A stretch of DNA of 63,660 bases, filler included, from Thraustochytrium aureum (GCA_012862495.1; 5 parts of 5 records of this genome joined end to end with filler, not necessarily neighbours in it), one strand, 5' to 3'; shown: positions 1-12,390, counted from the first letter of the whole stretch. Program-made: numbers and translations. Notes: a model not told the origin generated them from the letters alone.

Positions 1-1311
1 GTCCCCGCTCGACGACTCGCGGACCAGGCCGCTCACGAGGTGTAGCACGCAGAGCCCGGGCTGCAAGGCGACCTTGCCTCGCCGCGAGCCCGTCGCCGCG
101 CCGCGGTCAGGCTGGACGCCGTTGGTTGAGAGCGACGGTGTGTTGTACAGCAGGAACAGCAGATGCTTGACCACCACCGTGAAGAGGCCTTCTTGCCGCA
201 GCAGCGCACTCACGAGTTTTACGCCCTCAGCTTGCAGGGCGGCATCCGTGTCCTGCAAGAGGCGGACAGCGGGCACCACGAGAGACAGCATGCGGTCGAT
301 CACGGCCTGGCGCAACGCCTGCGCCTGATCCTCCACAATGGCTTGAGCGAGGTGTCCGCTGCCGCAGCCTTGCTTCTCGGCGGCGCCTTCGCCGCTCGAG
401 CTTTCGTTTGCACCTTGTGTGGGCGGGGCAAAAAGGCACGAGCGCGGCTCAAGCAACAGGCGCCGGATCGCGCTGCATGTCGTGCGTCTCGTCGCGGTGT
501 GTTCGCTGCGAATAAGCTGCCCGAGGTGCCGCGTGGCGGCGCTGGCCACACTGGCGTTGTCCACGGCGAGGGCTACAAGCAGCTTTGCGGCGCAGTCGTG
601 AAGCGCGTCGTCGGTAGAGTTAGACATGCACTCTGTGAGCGCCTCGAGGCCGTGGTACTCGCCGATGATCCGCTTTGCGGCTGCGTCGCTCTCTGCGACT
701 TGGACCAAAAGAGTGAGCGCTTCGACCTTGTCGGCCTCTTCGACGCCGGCTTCGCGCGGGAGCGCGATGAGCTCCAACAGCGTGATGAGCGTCCCCGACT
801 CGAGAAACTCGCGCATGTACCGCTCGTCGCGCAGCGCGCCGAGGAGCAAGCCGATCGCGCGCACTTGGAGCGCAAGCTCAAACCCGACCAGGTAGGTTAG
901 ACGAAGGGAGGTGGTGAACCGCGACAACAGCAGCGACACGCTGTCGCCGAAGGCCTCTTCGATCTCGTCCCCGCTCTTTGCCTTGTTCCCCTGCACAAAA
1001 TCTGCCAGCATCCGCCTTCGCGCCGGCTTGTTCCCCGTGTCCCAGCTTCGCAGCCACTGGTCCACGGCGCGCCGCCTCTCCAGCCTGCTCTTAATCCTCA
1101 CATGCGTCGATTCGGTCGTGCTGCGATCTGCCGAGCGGCCATCCGCTTGCACGACCCTCCGCTTCCCTCGCCGCGGGCTCACCGCGTGGCTTCCGCCGCC
1201 GCCGCTGCCGCCGTCTCCGAGTCCCTTGGGCCGTCTTGGCGCTTTGACGGCGCGCTCGAGGGCGTCGTGCCGCTCCATCAGGTCCTCCATGACATCCACA
1301 AAAAGCGACCC
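1..1311 (-). CDS. ARMH1: Armadillo-like helical domain protein (ARMH1/C1orf228-like), partial at both ends
   Basis: Hand translation from the gap edge at 1311 is open to position 1, so it has no stop and is absent from the ORF track. It reads ...VDQWLRSWDTGNKPARRRMLADFVQGNKAKSGDEIEEAFGDSVSLLLSRFTTSLRLTYLVG...RYMREFLESGTLITLLELI..., matching my recollection of the ARMH1 N-terminus (WD-x-G-x-K-x-AR, LRLTY, RY..EFLE.GG). Confidence 0.75.
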
Positions 1312-2285
1312 NNNNNNNNNNNNNNNNNNNNNNNNNNNNNNNNNNNNNNNNNNNNNNNNNNNNNNNNNNNNNNNNNNNNNNNNNNNNNNNNNNNNNNNNN
1401 NNNNNNNNNNNNNNNNNNNNNNNNNNNNNNNNNNNNNNNNNNNNNNNNNNNNNNNNNNNNNNNNNNNNNNNNNNNNNNNNNNNNNNNNNNNNNNNNNNNN
1501 NNNNNNNNNNNNNNNNNNNNNNNNNNNNNNNNNNNNNNNNNNNNNNNNNNNNNNNNNNNNNNNNNNNNNNNNNNNNNNNNNNNNNNNNNNNNNNNNNNNN
1601 NNNNNNNNNNNNNNNNNNNNNNNNNNNNNNNNNNNNNNNNNNNNNNNNNNNNNNNNNNNNNNNNNNNNNNNNNNNNNNNNNNNNNNNNNNNNNNNNNNNN
1701 NNNNNNNNNNNNNNNNNNNNNNNNNNNNNNNNNNNNNNNNNNNNNNNNNNNNNNNNNNNNNNNNNNNNNNNNNNNNNNNNNNNNNNNNNNNNNNNNNNNN
1801 NNNNNNNNNNNNNNNNNNNNNNNNNNNNNNNNNNNNNNNNNNNNNNNNNNNNNNNNNNNNNNNNNNNNNNNNNNNNNNNNNNNNNNNNNNNNNNNNNNNN
1901 NNNNNNNNNNNNNNNNNNNNNNNNNNNNNNNNNNNNNNNNNNNNNNNNNNNNNNNNNNNNNNNNNNNNNNNNNNNNNNNNNNNNNNNNNNNNNNNNNNNN
2001 NNNNNNNNNNNNNNNNNNNNNNNNNNNNNNNNNNNNNNNNNNNNNNNNNNNNNNNNNNNNNNNNNNNNNNNNNNNNNNNNNNNNNNNNNNNNNNNNNNNN
2101 NNNNNNNNNNNNNNNNNNNNNNNNNNNNNNNNNNNNNNNNNNNNNNNNNNNNNNNNNNNNNNNNNNNNNNNNNNNNNNNNNNNNNNNNNNNNNNNNNNNN
2201 NNNNNNNNNNNNNNNNNNNNNNNNNNNNNNNNNNNNNNNNNNNNNNNNNNNNNNNNNNNNNNNNNNNNNNNNNNNNNNNNNNNNN

Positions 2286-3706
2286 TTTCCGCCAAGCACT
2301 TCCAGGTACGGCCCAGGTGGCTCAGACAGCGCGTCCTGGCTCTGTAGCGCGCCCCCCTGCCTGCGCGGCCCAGACTCTTCCAGGACTTGCCGGCTCAGCA
2401 ACTGCATGCCCCAGTCCCTGATGGTCACCTCGTTGACGTCCGAGAGCGAGTTGCGCGTCTCGCCGTCGCGCAAGAGCGACTTCTTAATGGCGTGGCACAT
2501 TTCGTCCAAGCGCTGGTCGTAGCCCATGTCGCGCTCAAGCTGCGAGCGAGAGAGGGCTTCCGCGAAACCGAGCTCCCGGAGCTTGGCCTGGTACGCGCCT
2601 CGCGCTTGCTGGAACACGCGCTCCATCGCTTGCGCCTTGTCAGCGGCGGCGCGGTGGTCGGGCGCCTCGGCGCGTTGCTGCGCCCTGGTGTCATGAAACT
2701 GGGCCACGGCGAGGTGCAAGAGCTGGCTGGACTCGACGACCTGGTCCGACTGCGCAGCATCGCCGAGCACGTGCTGCCCATCGCTGTCCATTGCCACCGA
2801 GTGCTCGTCCACGAGCTCGACAAAGTTGCTGTACGCCTCAGAGGCGTCGCTGCCGTGGACCGACCTTGCGATCGCCAAGACTTCAGGCCACTTGAGAAAG
2901 ACTTGCACGTCGTGCTTGGCCGCGGCGTGCGTGCGCTGTTTGGAGTTGTAAAACTCTCGTGTCCAGGACGTGCGCACGCACTTTTGCACGGTCCGGTCCA
3001 CGATGCTCTTGACGCGCAGGAAGAACGCCAGGTCCTCGCCGTCGTAGTACTCCTCCAGGAAGCGGGCAAACACCTCGACCATGAGCTTGTGCCGCCGGTG
3101 GGCGTGCACGTTAAAGACGAGGTCCCAGCTCACTTGGTCGACGATGCGGCGTAGCCCGTACCGTTTCGTGATGTGGTCCATCACAAAGACGGGAAATATG
3201 CGCAAGGCCTGCGGGTCGTGCTGGTGGCCGGAGGCGGCCGGCGCCCCTGACGACTTGCCCGGCGCCGCGAGCTCCAACAGCCGCCTGCGCTCCTCGTACA
3301 GGTCGCTGATGAGCCCGAGGGTCCACTTGAGCGACCTCTCGCGCGGCTGCAGCTGGTCGCGCGACTCGATCAGCGAGCAAAATTTCGTGTAGCATGAAAA
3401 GTCGGCCGACTCGCTCGAGCTCCGAAACGCGGCCAGCATTCGCTTGGTCTCCTGCGTTGGCCGAGAGCCCTGGACGATGTGTCGCAGGCGCGCGTCTTCG
3501 TTGCGGGCCGCGCCTCGCATCGACAATTCATCGTTGCTGGCTTGCTCTCGTTCGTCTTCCTCTTCTCCGTCGACCAGGCTCACCGTCGCGGTGTACGACC
3601 CGCCGTCCTTGGACCTCACGAACGAAATGTCATTCTCCGCCAAGAACTCAAGGTACCGCTCGCGCTCCTCGGGGTCATCCATCTCTCCAAGGTCGACGAG
3701 CACCAT
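2286..3706 (-). CDS. Uncharacterised helical protein with TSNAXIP1-like region (3' end in gap)
   Basis: Long ORF from ATG 3706 (MVLVDLGEMDDPEER...). Segment WTLGLISDLYEE...FPVFVMDHITKRYGLRRIVDQVSWDLV...EVFARFLEEYY resembles helical domains of ciliary/TSNAXIP1-type protist proteins. Family call is tentative. Confidence 0.55.
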
Positions 3707-4865
3707 AGCCACCGGTCTCCCGCGGCGCGAGCGCGATGAGAGTGCCCGGCTGCGACCAAGTCCGCCCACGTAGTATCAGCCCTTGCAAAGCAGGCACGCA
3801 ATTGACCACCGTCGACGCGAGCAGCGGCAACGCTGGCGACCGCGGTGGCGTCGGCAACCTTGTCGTCTCCAAAAGAAAAACAGCCCGGGCTCAGTTCGCT
3901 TTCTAGAAAAGGCGGTGGGTGAAGATTCACGCAGACCAGAGGCAGAGCGCGGCTTCGAACTAATCCAGCGACCGCAGCGACCGCAGCAGCAGCANNNNNN
4001 NNNNNNNNNNNNNNNNNNNNNNNNNNNNNNNNNNNNNNNNNNNNNNNNNNNNNNNNNNNNNNNNNNNNNNNNNNNNNNNNNNNNNNNNNNNNNNNNNNNN
4101 NNNNNNNNNNNNNNNNNNNNNNNNNNNNNNNNNNNNNNNNNNNNNNNNNNNNNNNNNNNNNNNNNNNNNNNNNNNNNNNNNNNNNNNNNNNNNNNNNNNN
4201 NNNNNNNNNNNNNNNNNNNNNNNNNNNNNNNNNNNNNNNNNNNNNNNNNNNNNNNNNNNNNNNNNNNNNNNNNNNNNNNNNNNNNNNNNNNNNNNNNNNN
4301 NNNNNNNNNNNNNNNNNNNNNNNNNNNNNNNNNNNNNNNNNNNNNNNNNNNNNNNNNNNNNNNNNNNNNNNNNNNNNNNNNNNNNNNNNNNNNNNNNNNN
4401 NNNNNNNNNNNNNNNNNNNNNNNNNNNNNNNNNNNNNNNNNNNNNNNNNNNNNNNNNNNNNNNNNNNNNNNNNNNNNNNNNNNNNNNNNNNNNNNNNNNN
4501 NNNNNNNNNNNNNNNNNNNNNNNNNNNNNNNNNNNNNNNNNNNNNNNNNNNNNNNNNNNNNNNNNNNNNNNNNNNNNNNNNNNNNNNNNNNNNNNNNNNN
4601 NNNNNNNNNNNNNNNNNNNNNNNNNNNNNNNNNNNNNNNNNNNNNNNNNNNNNNNNNNNNNNNNNNNNNNNNNNNNNNNNNNNNNNNNNNNNNNNNNNNN
4701 NNNNNNNNNNNNNNNNNNNNNNNNNNNNNNNNNNNNNNNNNNNNNNNNNNNNNNNNNNNNNNNNNNNNNNNNNNNNNNNNNNNNNNNNNNNNNNNNNNNN
4801 NNNNNNNNNNNNNNNNNNNNNNNNNNNNNNNNNNNNNNNNNNNNNNNNNNNNNNNNNNNNNNNNN

Positions 4866-6506
4866 GATGTGGTGAAGGAGGAGGAGATGCTGGGCGAGGA
4901 GGCCAAGAGCGAAGGCGACGCGAAGAAGAGTCTCGACGACGTGAAGGGTGGTGAGGCTGCGGAAAAGAGCGGCGCCGACAATTTGGAGAAGAAGACGACG
5001 GTCATCGCCGCGCAAGGCCGTGGAAGGTCCTCGTCGCTTGCGGAGCCGACGCCGGGAAACATCCAAGAGGAAGGGTTCATCGACGCGTTCTACCAGCCGC
5101 GGTCGTTCTCGGCGCTCGTGCTCCTGGTTGCCCTCGTCGTGTACGTGACCATCTACAACGACTTTGAGACCGACAGCACGCTGGGGGAGTCGAACAGGAT
5201 CAAGTCGGGCATCCTCTTGGCCGCCGCCTCGTTCCTGCTCTACTGCGCCATCCAGCTGCGCGACTCGCACCTTTTGCGGCCGCACCCGGCGGTTTGGCGC
5301 GTCGCGCACGGCGCTGGGCTGCTGTACTTTCTTCTCCTCATCTTTCTGCTGTGCCAGGACTACGCTGGCGTCCAAGGATTCCTTGCACTCTTCGACCCGA
5401 ACGTCGGCAAGCACCAAAAGGAAAAGTCGTACGCGACGGATTGCCGCTTGTATGTAGAGGGCGCGGAGGACCCCTGGGTCAATCTCAAGGACCAGATCAT
5501 CGACAGGTTTGTCATCGCGCACTTTCTGGGCTGGACCCTCAAGGCGCTCATTCTGCGCGACTGGGGCCTCATGTGGGTCGCGTCAGTGCTTTTTGAGGTG
5601 CTCGAGGTGAGCCTGCAGCACATGTGGCCCAACTTTAACGAGTGCCATTGGGACCATCTGTTCCTGGACATTTTTGGCTGCAACCTGGCCGGGATGGTCC
5701 TCGGGATGTACCTCGTCGAGTTCATGGGCACGCACCAGTTTGACTGGACAGGGCACCGCATCGACTCGATCAAGGGATCGGTTGGCAAAATGAAGCGCGT
5801 GGCGCTGCAGTTCACCCCGTACAACTTTGAGACGTACAGGTGGCAGATCTTTTCCTCGTGGCGCCGCGCGCTCATCGGCGTTGCCGTGCTGTTCATCCTG
5901 CTCCTGGGTGAGCTCAACGCGTTCTTCCTCAAGTCGACCTTTCAGATCCCCATCGCGAGCAACATCAACCTGTACCGGCTCTCGTTTTGGGTTCTCATGA
6001 CCTACATGTCCATCTTTGAGTTCCACCACTTTGCCGCGGGCAAGAGCCGCCGCATCGGGGTCAACTCGTGGCTCGCCGGCTCGCTCGTCTCGCTGGAGAC
6101 CATGCTCGTCGTCAAGCACATCTACAAGGAGCGCATGTTTTCGTACGACGACATCTGGCCCTCGCCCTACATTTCGCGTGGCTGGGCTTCGACCTTTATC
6201 CTCGTCGGCCTCACAGGTCTCGTCAAGGCGACGCGCAAGGCTCTCTTCTGGTACTCTGGGGCACAAGAGGTGGTTCCCGGTGCCGCCTCAGAAGGCTCGG
6301 CCCCCGCCACCAAGCCTCGCACGCTCTCCTTCGACTCGCTCGACACGGACGTGCGCCCCATCGTCCGGGCCAGCAAGGCGCTAGACAGCCTCTTCCAGCT
6401 CCTCACCTTTGCGATCCCGGTGCCGCTCATGATCGTGCTTGCCATCGACTGCTACAGAACGATCAGCGAGCACCCGCCGCCGCAGCCGGGCAAGAACGGC
6501 TGGTAG
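4866..6506 (+). CDS. PTDSS: Phosphatidylserine synthase, base-exchange (PSS/PTDSS family), 5' end in gap
   Basis: Motifs RPHPAVWR, YATDCRLY, DRFVIAHFLGW, SVLFEVLEVSLQHMWPNFNECHWDHLFLDIFGCNLAG, QFTPY and ELNAFFLK, with multiple TM segments. Confidence 0.95.
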   Translation, partial: DVVKEEEMLGEEAKSEGDAKKSLDDVKGGEAAEKSGADNLEKKTTVIAAQGRGRSSSLAEPTPGNIQEEGFIDAFYQPRSFSALVLLVALVVYVTIYNDFETDSTLGESNRIKSGILLAAASFLLYCAIQLRDSHLLRPHPAVWRVAHGAGLLYFLLLIFLLCQDYAGVQGFLALFDPNVGKHQKEKSYATDCRLYVEGAEDPWVNLKDQIIDRFVIAHFLGWTLKALILRDWGLMWVASVLFEVLEVSLQHMWPNFNECHWDHLFLDIFGCNLAGMVLGMYLVEFMGTHQFDWTGHRIDSIKGSVGKMKRVALQFTPYNFETYRWQIFSSWRRALIGVAVLFILLLGELNAFFLKSTFQIPIASNINLYRLSFWVLMTYMSIFEFHHFAAGKSRRIGVNSWLAGSLVSLETMLVVKHIYKERMFSYDDIWPSPYISRGWASTFILVGLTGLVKATRKALFWYSGAQEVVPGAASEGSAPATKPRTLSFDSLDTDVRPIVRASKALDSLFQLLTFAIPVPLMIVLAIDCYRTISEHPPPQPGKNGW

Positions 6507-6649
6507 TCAATGCCGCTGCGGCAACGACCACTAGCGCTACTAGAGAGAGGCTAGCTCTAGAGAGTAGAGAGCGCCGGAAGCCAGCTTTCCATCTTCTTTT
6601 TCCGTTTAGGTGTATCTAGCCTTCGCGCGGCTGGGGCGGGCCCGAGCGC

Positions 6650-9600
6650 TCATCGCGTCCGCTTGCTTTTCTTCTCCTTCTTCTCCTTCTTTTCCTTCTT
6701 GCTCTTCTTCTCCTTTTTGTCCTTCTTGCTCTTCTTCCCTTTGGCGTCCGAAGAGCGCGACGAGCGCGTGGACCGGGCCCCGTCCTCATCATCCAGCTGC
6801 TCCGACCGACGGCTTCGACTTGAACGCGAGCTCCGGCGTTCTTCAACCTGTTCGCTGTCGCTCGCGTCTTTCGCCGTGCTAGCCACGTCGTCTCCGTCTT
6901 CGTCCTCTTCTTCCTCGGCGGCGTGTCCTTCCTTGTCGGACTCTTCTTGGTCCTCCTCTTCTTGGTCCTCCTCTTCAGCAACCTCCTCTTCTTGGTCCTC
7001 CTGGTCTTCCTCCACGTCGTCCTGTCCAGAGTCCCCTTGATCAGAATCGCGCGACTCCCGCGCCGTGCGTCGGCCCCGGTTGGTACTTGATACACGCCGC
7101 TCGAGGGAGACCTCGTCGGATTCGTCTTGGCGGCGACCGCGTGGTACGCGCTCTTGTGACCTGCTCGACCGTCCGGAGGCCTGGCTGCCTTTTGGGTTGC
7201 TTCGACCTTGCGCGCGAGACCTGCTTGCTCGCGGGTTAATCTCCGCTTCGCTTTTGTCGTCGTCGCTGCTTGCACTTGCCTCTTCCGCATCACGTTCCGA
7301 GAGATTCGAAGAGCGACGATCTGTTGCGCGACCCCTGCCGTTGCTTGCTGCGGCCCGTTTCGCTCCGCGGCCCGTGTCGTCTCCGCTCGAATCACCTCCT
7401 TCTTCTTCCTCCACCTCTTCGTCGCTGAAGCTTTGATCCGCACTCTCCTCAGTTGCCGCTCTAGCCGAGCGAGACGATCGCTTCACCTGCTCCTGTTCCT
7501 CTTCTTCTTCGTCGTCGTCGTCTTGGTCGTCTTCTTCGTCTTCTTCGCTTTGGTCGGCGCTCTCCTCTGTTGCTGCCCTGGCGGTGCGTGTTGGCCTTTT
7601 GGCTTGCTCGGCTTCTTCGAGCTCCTCGTCACTTTCGTCTTCGCTATCGCTCTGATCAGCACTCTCTTCAGTTGCCGCTCTGGCAGGGCGGGACCTCTGC
7701 TTGGCCTGCTCTTCTGCCTGATTGTCCTCATCTTGGTCGTCCTCGTCCTCCTCGCTTTGATCAGCGCTTTCTTCAGTTGCAGCCCGGGCTGAGCGCGAAG
7801 GCCGTTCGTCAACGTCGTCAACTTGGCTTTCGTCGCTGTCATCGCTGTCGTCGCTTTCCTCCGTGACCGCCGCTCTGACAGCGCGTGACGGTCGCTCCGC
7901 AACATCATCTGCATCGTCGTCATCTTCATCTTCATCGTCGTCCTCCTCCTCCTCCTCCTCCTCTTCTTCTTCTTCCTCGCTGTCGCTTCGACGTGCGCTT
8001 TCCTCGGTTGCGGCTCTGGCCGAGCGAGTCGGCCGCTCAACTTGCGCCAAGTCGTCCTCTTGGTCATCCTCTTCGTCGTCCTCGTCGCTATCGGATGAGG
8101 CCAGAGCGACTGGGGCCTTCTTCGCAGCTTGCGCGACCGGTGCGGGTACCTCGAGGTCCTCATCTGAACTGGCCGAGGACTCAGCCTCGCTCTCCGAAAC
8201 CGGTGGAGGGGTCGGCGCCTTGGCTTGGCGCTTTGGTGAAGCCACAGTCTTGCCCTTGGGCGGCGGGGCAGCACTTGCAGAAGCCTGCGTTTCCGTCGTC
8301 GCCGTGGCGGACTTTGGAGCTGCCGAGACCCGGACTCNNNNNNNNNNNNNNNNNNNNNNNNNNNNNNNNNNNNNNNNNNNNNNNNNNNNNNNNNNNNNNN
8401 NNNNNNNNNNNNNNNNNNNNNNNNNNNNNNNNNNNNNNNNNNNNNNNNNNNNNNNNNNNNNNNNNNNNNNNNNNNNNNNNNNNNNNNNNNNNNNNNNNNN
8501 NNNNNNNNNNNNNNNNNNNNNNNNNNNNNNNNNNNNNNNTGGCGGGCTACCGGGCGGACTCCTGGCGGCGGCTTTGGGGCTCTGCGGCGGGGTCTGTGGG
8601 GCGTGCCGCGAGGACGCCGTCTCGCGCGTCGGCGACGCGACTCTGGATGCATGCGCGGTCATCGTTTTCGGCGCCGCGGTGGGCTTTGGCGCAGCGGCAA
8701 GTTTTGTCGACGACGTCTTGAGCGCGCTCTTGAGGTCGTCGGTCTGGTCTGGCGTCGGCGCGACCCCGGCCTTGGCGAGCTCGCTCTCGCGCGCAAGGCG
8801 CTTGAGGTGCGCCAGTTGCTCTAGCTGTGCCGCCTTGCGCTTGGCAGCGGCGACGCGCGACTTGCGCATCTTCATCCCCGCGCGCGCATTCCGCAGGAAG
8901 CGCTTGGCCGCGCGCTGCAGCACGAGCGCGAGGTGAAAGTAGCGCTCCTCCTTCATGACCTCAAGGATGGTAAATGTGAACTGGCGCAGAAAGATTTTGG
9001 TCTTGCCGACCTGGTACTCGTCCCCGTGCTTGAGCTGGGCCTGGTTGGCGATCTTGACCACGTTGCGCTTTTGCGTGTCCAGCGAAGCCTTCTCGGCGAG
9101 GCGGCGCGCCTTGTATGGTACACCGCGCTTCCCGAGGACCGCGTAGCGCTGGAGAAACTCTGCAAACTCAAACCTGTACGGGTAGCCCGCCCGCGCGACC
9201 TGAATGAGCTGCAGGACGCCAGAGTAGCGGAGCTGGTTGACCAGGCGCTTACGGTCCAAGAAGGCGGGGTAGTTTTCGTCGTTGGGCTTGAGGCAGCGCA
9301 CATAGTGGGTGTTGCTGGCGCGGATCTTGTCGATGGCGACGCGCAGCTGCGCCTTAAAGTGCGACCCCACCGTCTTTTGCTGCAGCGACTGTGGGCCGCG
9401 GCCATTCGCCCAGCGACCGCGGGCCGCGGGGGCCAAGTCGGCCGGGCGCGCGCTCGGGGCCGAGGCGGCTGCCGCCACATTCGAGGCCTCGAGGGACTCA
9501 GGGCTAAGCTCTGCCTCGAAGAAGGCCGCGATGTCTGCACCCCCGGCCGCGTCCTTCGAGTTGGACGGCAGTAGCACAGCGACGATCGGGTTGCGCGAGG

Positions 9601-11680
9601 CTCGCACGAGGTCAACGGCCTCCTGGCGCAGCTCGTTCTTGTTCTTGCGGAAAAACCCCGCCGAGCTGTATGTGACGTCGCCGGCAAAGTGGCGCACCGT
9701 AAAGCAGTGCGCTGCACGCTCTTCGCGCGTGGGCGGCAAAAAGCGGCGAAACCGGTCGGGCAGGTGCTCGTAAAACTTGTTCACCATGGTCTGGTCGTTG
9801 CCTTGCGGAAACATGCAGTTCTCGTCCATGAGCTTGATAAGACCAATCGGCGTGCTCTCGATCATGTCGAGGCAGGCCTGGTTGTCCGGGAAGCGGATAA
9901 AGTCCCAATCGATGCCCTCCTCGTCGTACTCGTACTGGTCCTTCTTGAAGACGAAGTCGTTGAAGAGGCGCTGCAGCTGCTCGTTGCAATAGTTGATCAT
10001 GAGCTGTTCAAACCCGTTCCGCTCGAAAACCTCAAACCCGAACACGTCCAACAGGCCCACGGTGTAGTCCGTGTAGTAGACATCGTCNNNNNNNNNNNNN
10101 NNNNNNNNNNNNNNNNNNNNNNNNNNNNNNNNNNNNNNNNNNNNNNNNNNNNNNNNNNNNNNNNNNNNNNNNNNNNNNNNNNNNNNNNNNNNNNNNNNNN
10201 NNNNNNNNNNNNNNNNNNNNNNNNNNNNNNNNNNNNNNNNNNNNNNNNNNNNNNNNNNNNNNNNNNNNNNNNNNNNNNNNNNNNNNNNNNNNNNNNNNNN
10301 NNNNNNNNNNNNNNNNNNNNNNNNNNNNNAAACAGGCGCTCGTACACGGTCATGGCGAGCGCGTCGCGCGCCTGTGCGGCCTCCTGGGCCGTCAGCGACT
10401 TTTCAAAGGTCTCTTCCTGCCTGCTGGNGAGGGGCCGCGCCCGTTCACGGTCGCGTCGGCGCGGCCACCGATGCGGATGACGCGCCGGCACAGCGCGCGC
10501 TCCAGCGCGTCGGCGTCGACTTGGAGGAGGTCGCAGACCGCGACGCACGAGACCATGGTTTGGTCGTCCCAGCGGATGCGGCAGGCCTGATCGTGCCCGA
10601 ACGTTTCGAACTGCAGGTTGCCGAGATGGAGGACCCCGGCAACCGTCTCGAACAGGTTGCCGATCTCCTCCTCGTTCAGGCCCAGGTCGCGCATGGCCGC
10701 GTTGGTCTCTGTCCAGTGCCACTGGTCTGTGTGCTCGGCGGTGGCGCGATCTAGGTTGTCCTTTTGCGTAATGTAGCTAAACGCGGCGAGCCCTTCGTCA
10801 AAGCGCCAGCGCGAGAGCTGTTCCTGGGAGCCGCCGCTCGCCATGGCATAGAACACGTGAAAGTTGCGCTCGTTGACGAACTGGTGCGCTAGACGCGCCT
10901 TCTCCAGCAAGTAGGTTGTAATCGTCCCCGACAAGATGGCCCCAGAGTCCGGGTCGAACTTCATGTTGATCATCTTGCCGAAGCGCGACGAGTTGTCGTT
11001 CCTGATGGTGCAAGCGTTGCCGAACATCTCGAGGACGGGGTTGGAGTCCAGCACGCGCTGGGACAGGTCGTCCTTGGCGGCCACGCCCTTGAGGCCTGCG
11101 CGCCAGTGGCTCATCTCGCTCAGCGCGCGCATAATGATTTTCGTGGTCTCTGTCTTGCCTGCCCCAGATTCGCCCGACACCAGGACGGTCTGGTTAAGGC
11201 CGTTCCGCTCCATCACATCCTTGTAGGCGCGGCTTGCAACGGCGTACGCGGCGCTGGGAGGTCCTCCCCGGCGCCGGCCTCGATGTACTTGCGCATCAGC
11301 TCGGGGCCGTACAAGCCCTCGATGTCGCGAAACGGGTTGACGGCCAGCAGGATCTTGCCGCTGTACGTGTAGATGCGGTTGACGAGGTAGCGTTGCTCGA
11401 GGGCTTCGATGAGGCCGGGCTCGTGCAGGGCCTCCAGCTGCGTCAGGTCTTCGATGCGGGCGTACACCGTGGCGCTCTTGGTGCGGCGGACCTCGCATTG
11501 GGTGCGCGCGTCAATCGTTCGCACTTCGCCTCCACGCCTTTTCAGCTCGGTGCCGACCTGCACGAGGATGATGTTCGGGTCGTCTGCATCGCGGTCGCGC
11601 CCAAGGATGATGCCTTCTGTCCACGCTTTCTCCGGGTCCCGCAGCCACACTTTCCCGCCCTTCTTCAGCTTGCGCTCCAT
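6650..11680 (-). CDS. Unconventional myosin (N-terminal SH3-like, motor, one IQ, Pro/Ala linker, acidic repeat tail), interrupted by gaps and apparent 1-nt errors
   Basis: ATG 11680 MERKLKKGGKVW. Motifs IYTYSGKILLAVNPF, P-loop GESGAGKT, NDNSSRFGK, ERNFHVFY, switch II LLDVFGFE, HYVRCLKPN, QVGKTKIFLR and IQ-like LQRAAKRFLRN. Frame changes near 11252 and 10428. Confidence 0.93.
7430..8040 (-). repeat. Coding repeat in myosin tail: six copies of RP(S/T)RSARAATEESA(DQS) separated by D/E runs
   Basis: Six diverged copies visible in the translation and as repeated nucleotide blocks (e.g. ctctcttcagttgccgctc). Confidence 0.85.
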
Positions 11681-12082
11681 CCCGCCTCCGCAGCCCAGCC
11701 GGCGCCTTTCCCCGGCCCTGGACCAGCCTCCAAGCCAGCCAAGCCGAGCTACAGCACCAGGCGGCCACTCCCTCACCTATTAACTAGGACAAAGGGCGTG
11801 CTCGACGTGCATCCGCCACGCGCTGGCACGCCCGCACGCGCGCCCGCGCGAGCGCGAGCAAGCAAGCACGCCTGGACGCGCGAACCTGCTCTGCGTACTC
11901 CCCGCGCGCGCGGACCTGCGCCCACGGCACCCCGGCGCTCGCGGCGAGGGCGGGCCCGCGTCTGCTCGCCGAAGCAGTTCGAGGTCTGCTCCCCTGAGCA
12001 GCACTGCATGCAGAAAATGGAAGGAAGGCGGTTTGACATGAAGTGACGGCCGCTGGACATGGATGATCGGTGACGAGTACAC

Positions 12083-12390
12083 CGCTGGGCTATCGGTCGG
12101 TCGATCGATCGATTGGTTGATCGATTGGTTGATCTGTCGGCTACGCGTGGCGCTCGTCGGTTGGTGCTGGAGTGCTGTTGTGGGTGGCGTTTTTGGGGCG
12201 CTTTGGGCGAGGACTTCAATGATCGCAAGCGCTGGGCTATCGATCGGTCTATCGATCGGTATCGATTGATCTGTCGGCTGGGCGTGGTGCTGCTTTACTT
12301 TGTTGTAAAGCTCGGGGTTTCCAGGGCGGAGTGCAGCTCTGGGGCGGTTTTGTGGGCGTTTGTGGACGAGATGGTGCGATCGATGGATGT
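12083..12390. repeat. Diverged direct repeat rich in GATCGAT
   Basis: gctgggctatcg...ttgatctgtcggct occurs at about 12083-12142 and 12231-12279, each followed by a similar gtttt(g)tgggcg.tttg.g.cgag tract. Confidence 0.6.

Noticed and set aside
163..900. Long + strand ORFs here and many similar antisense ORFs in the track
   Set aside because: Shadow ORFs of GC3-rich genes on the opposite strand.
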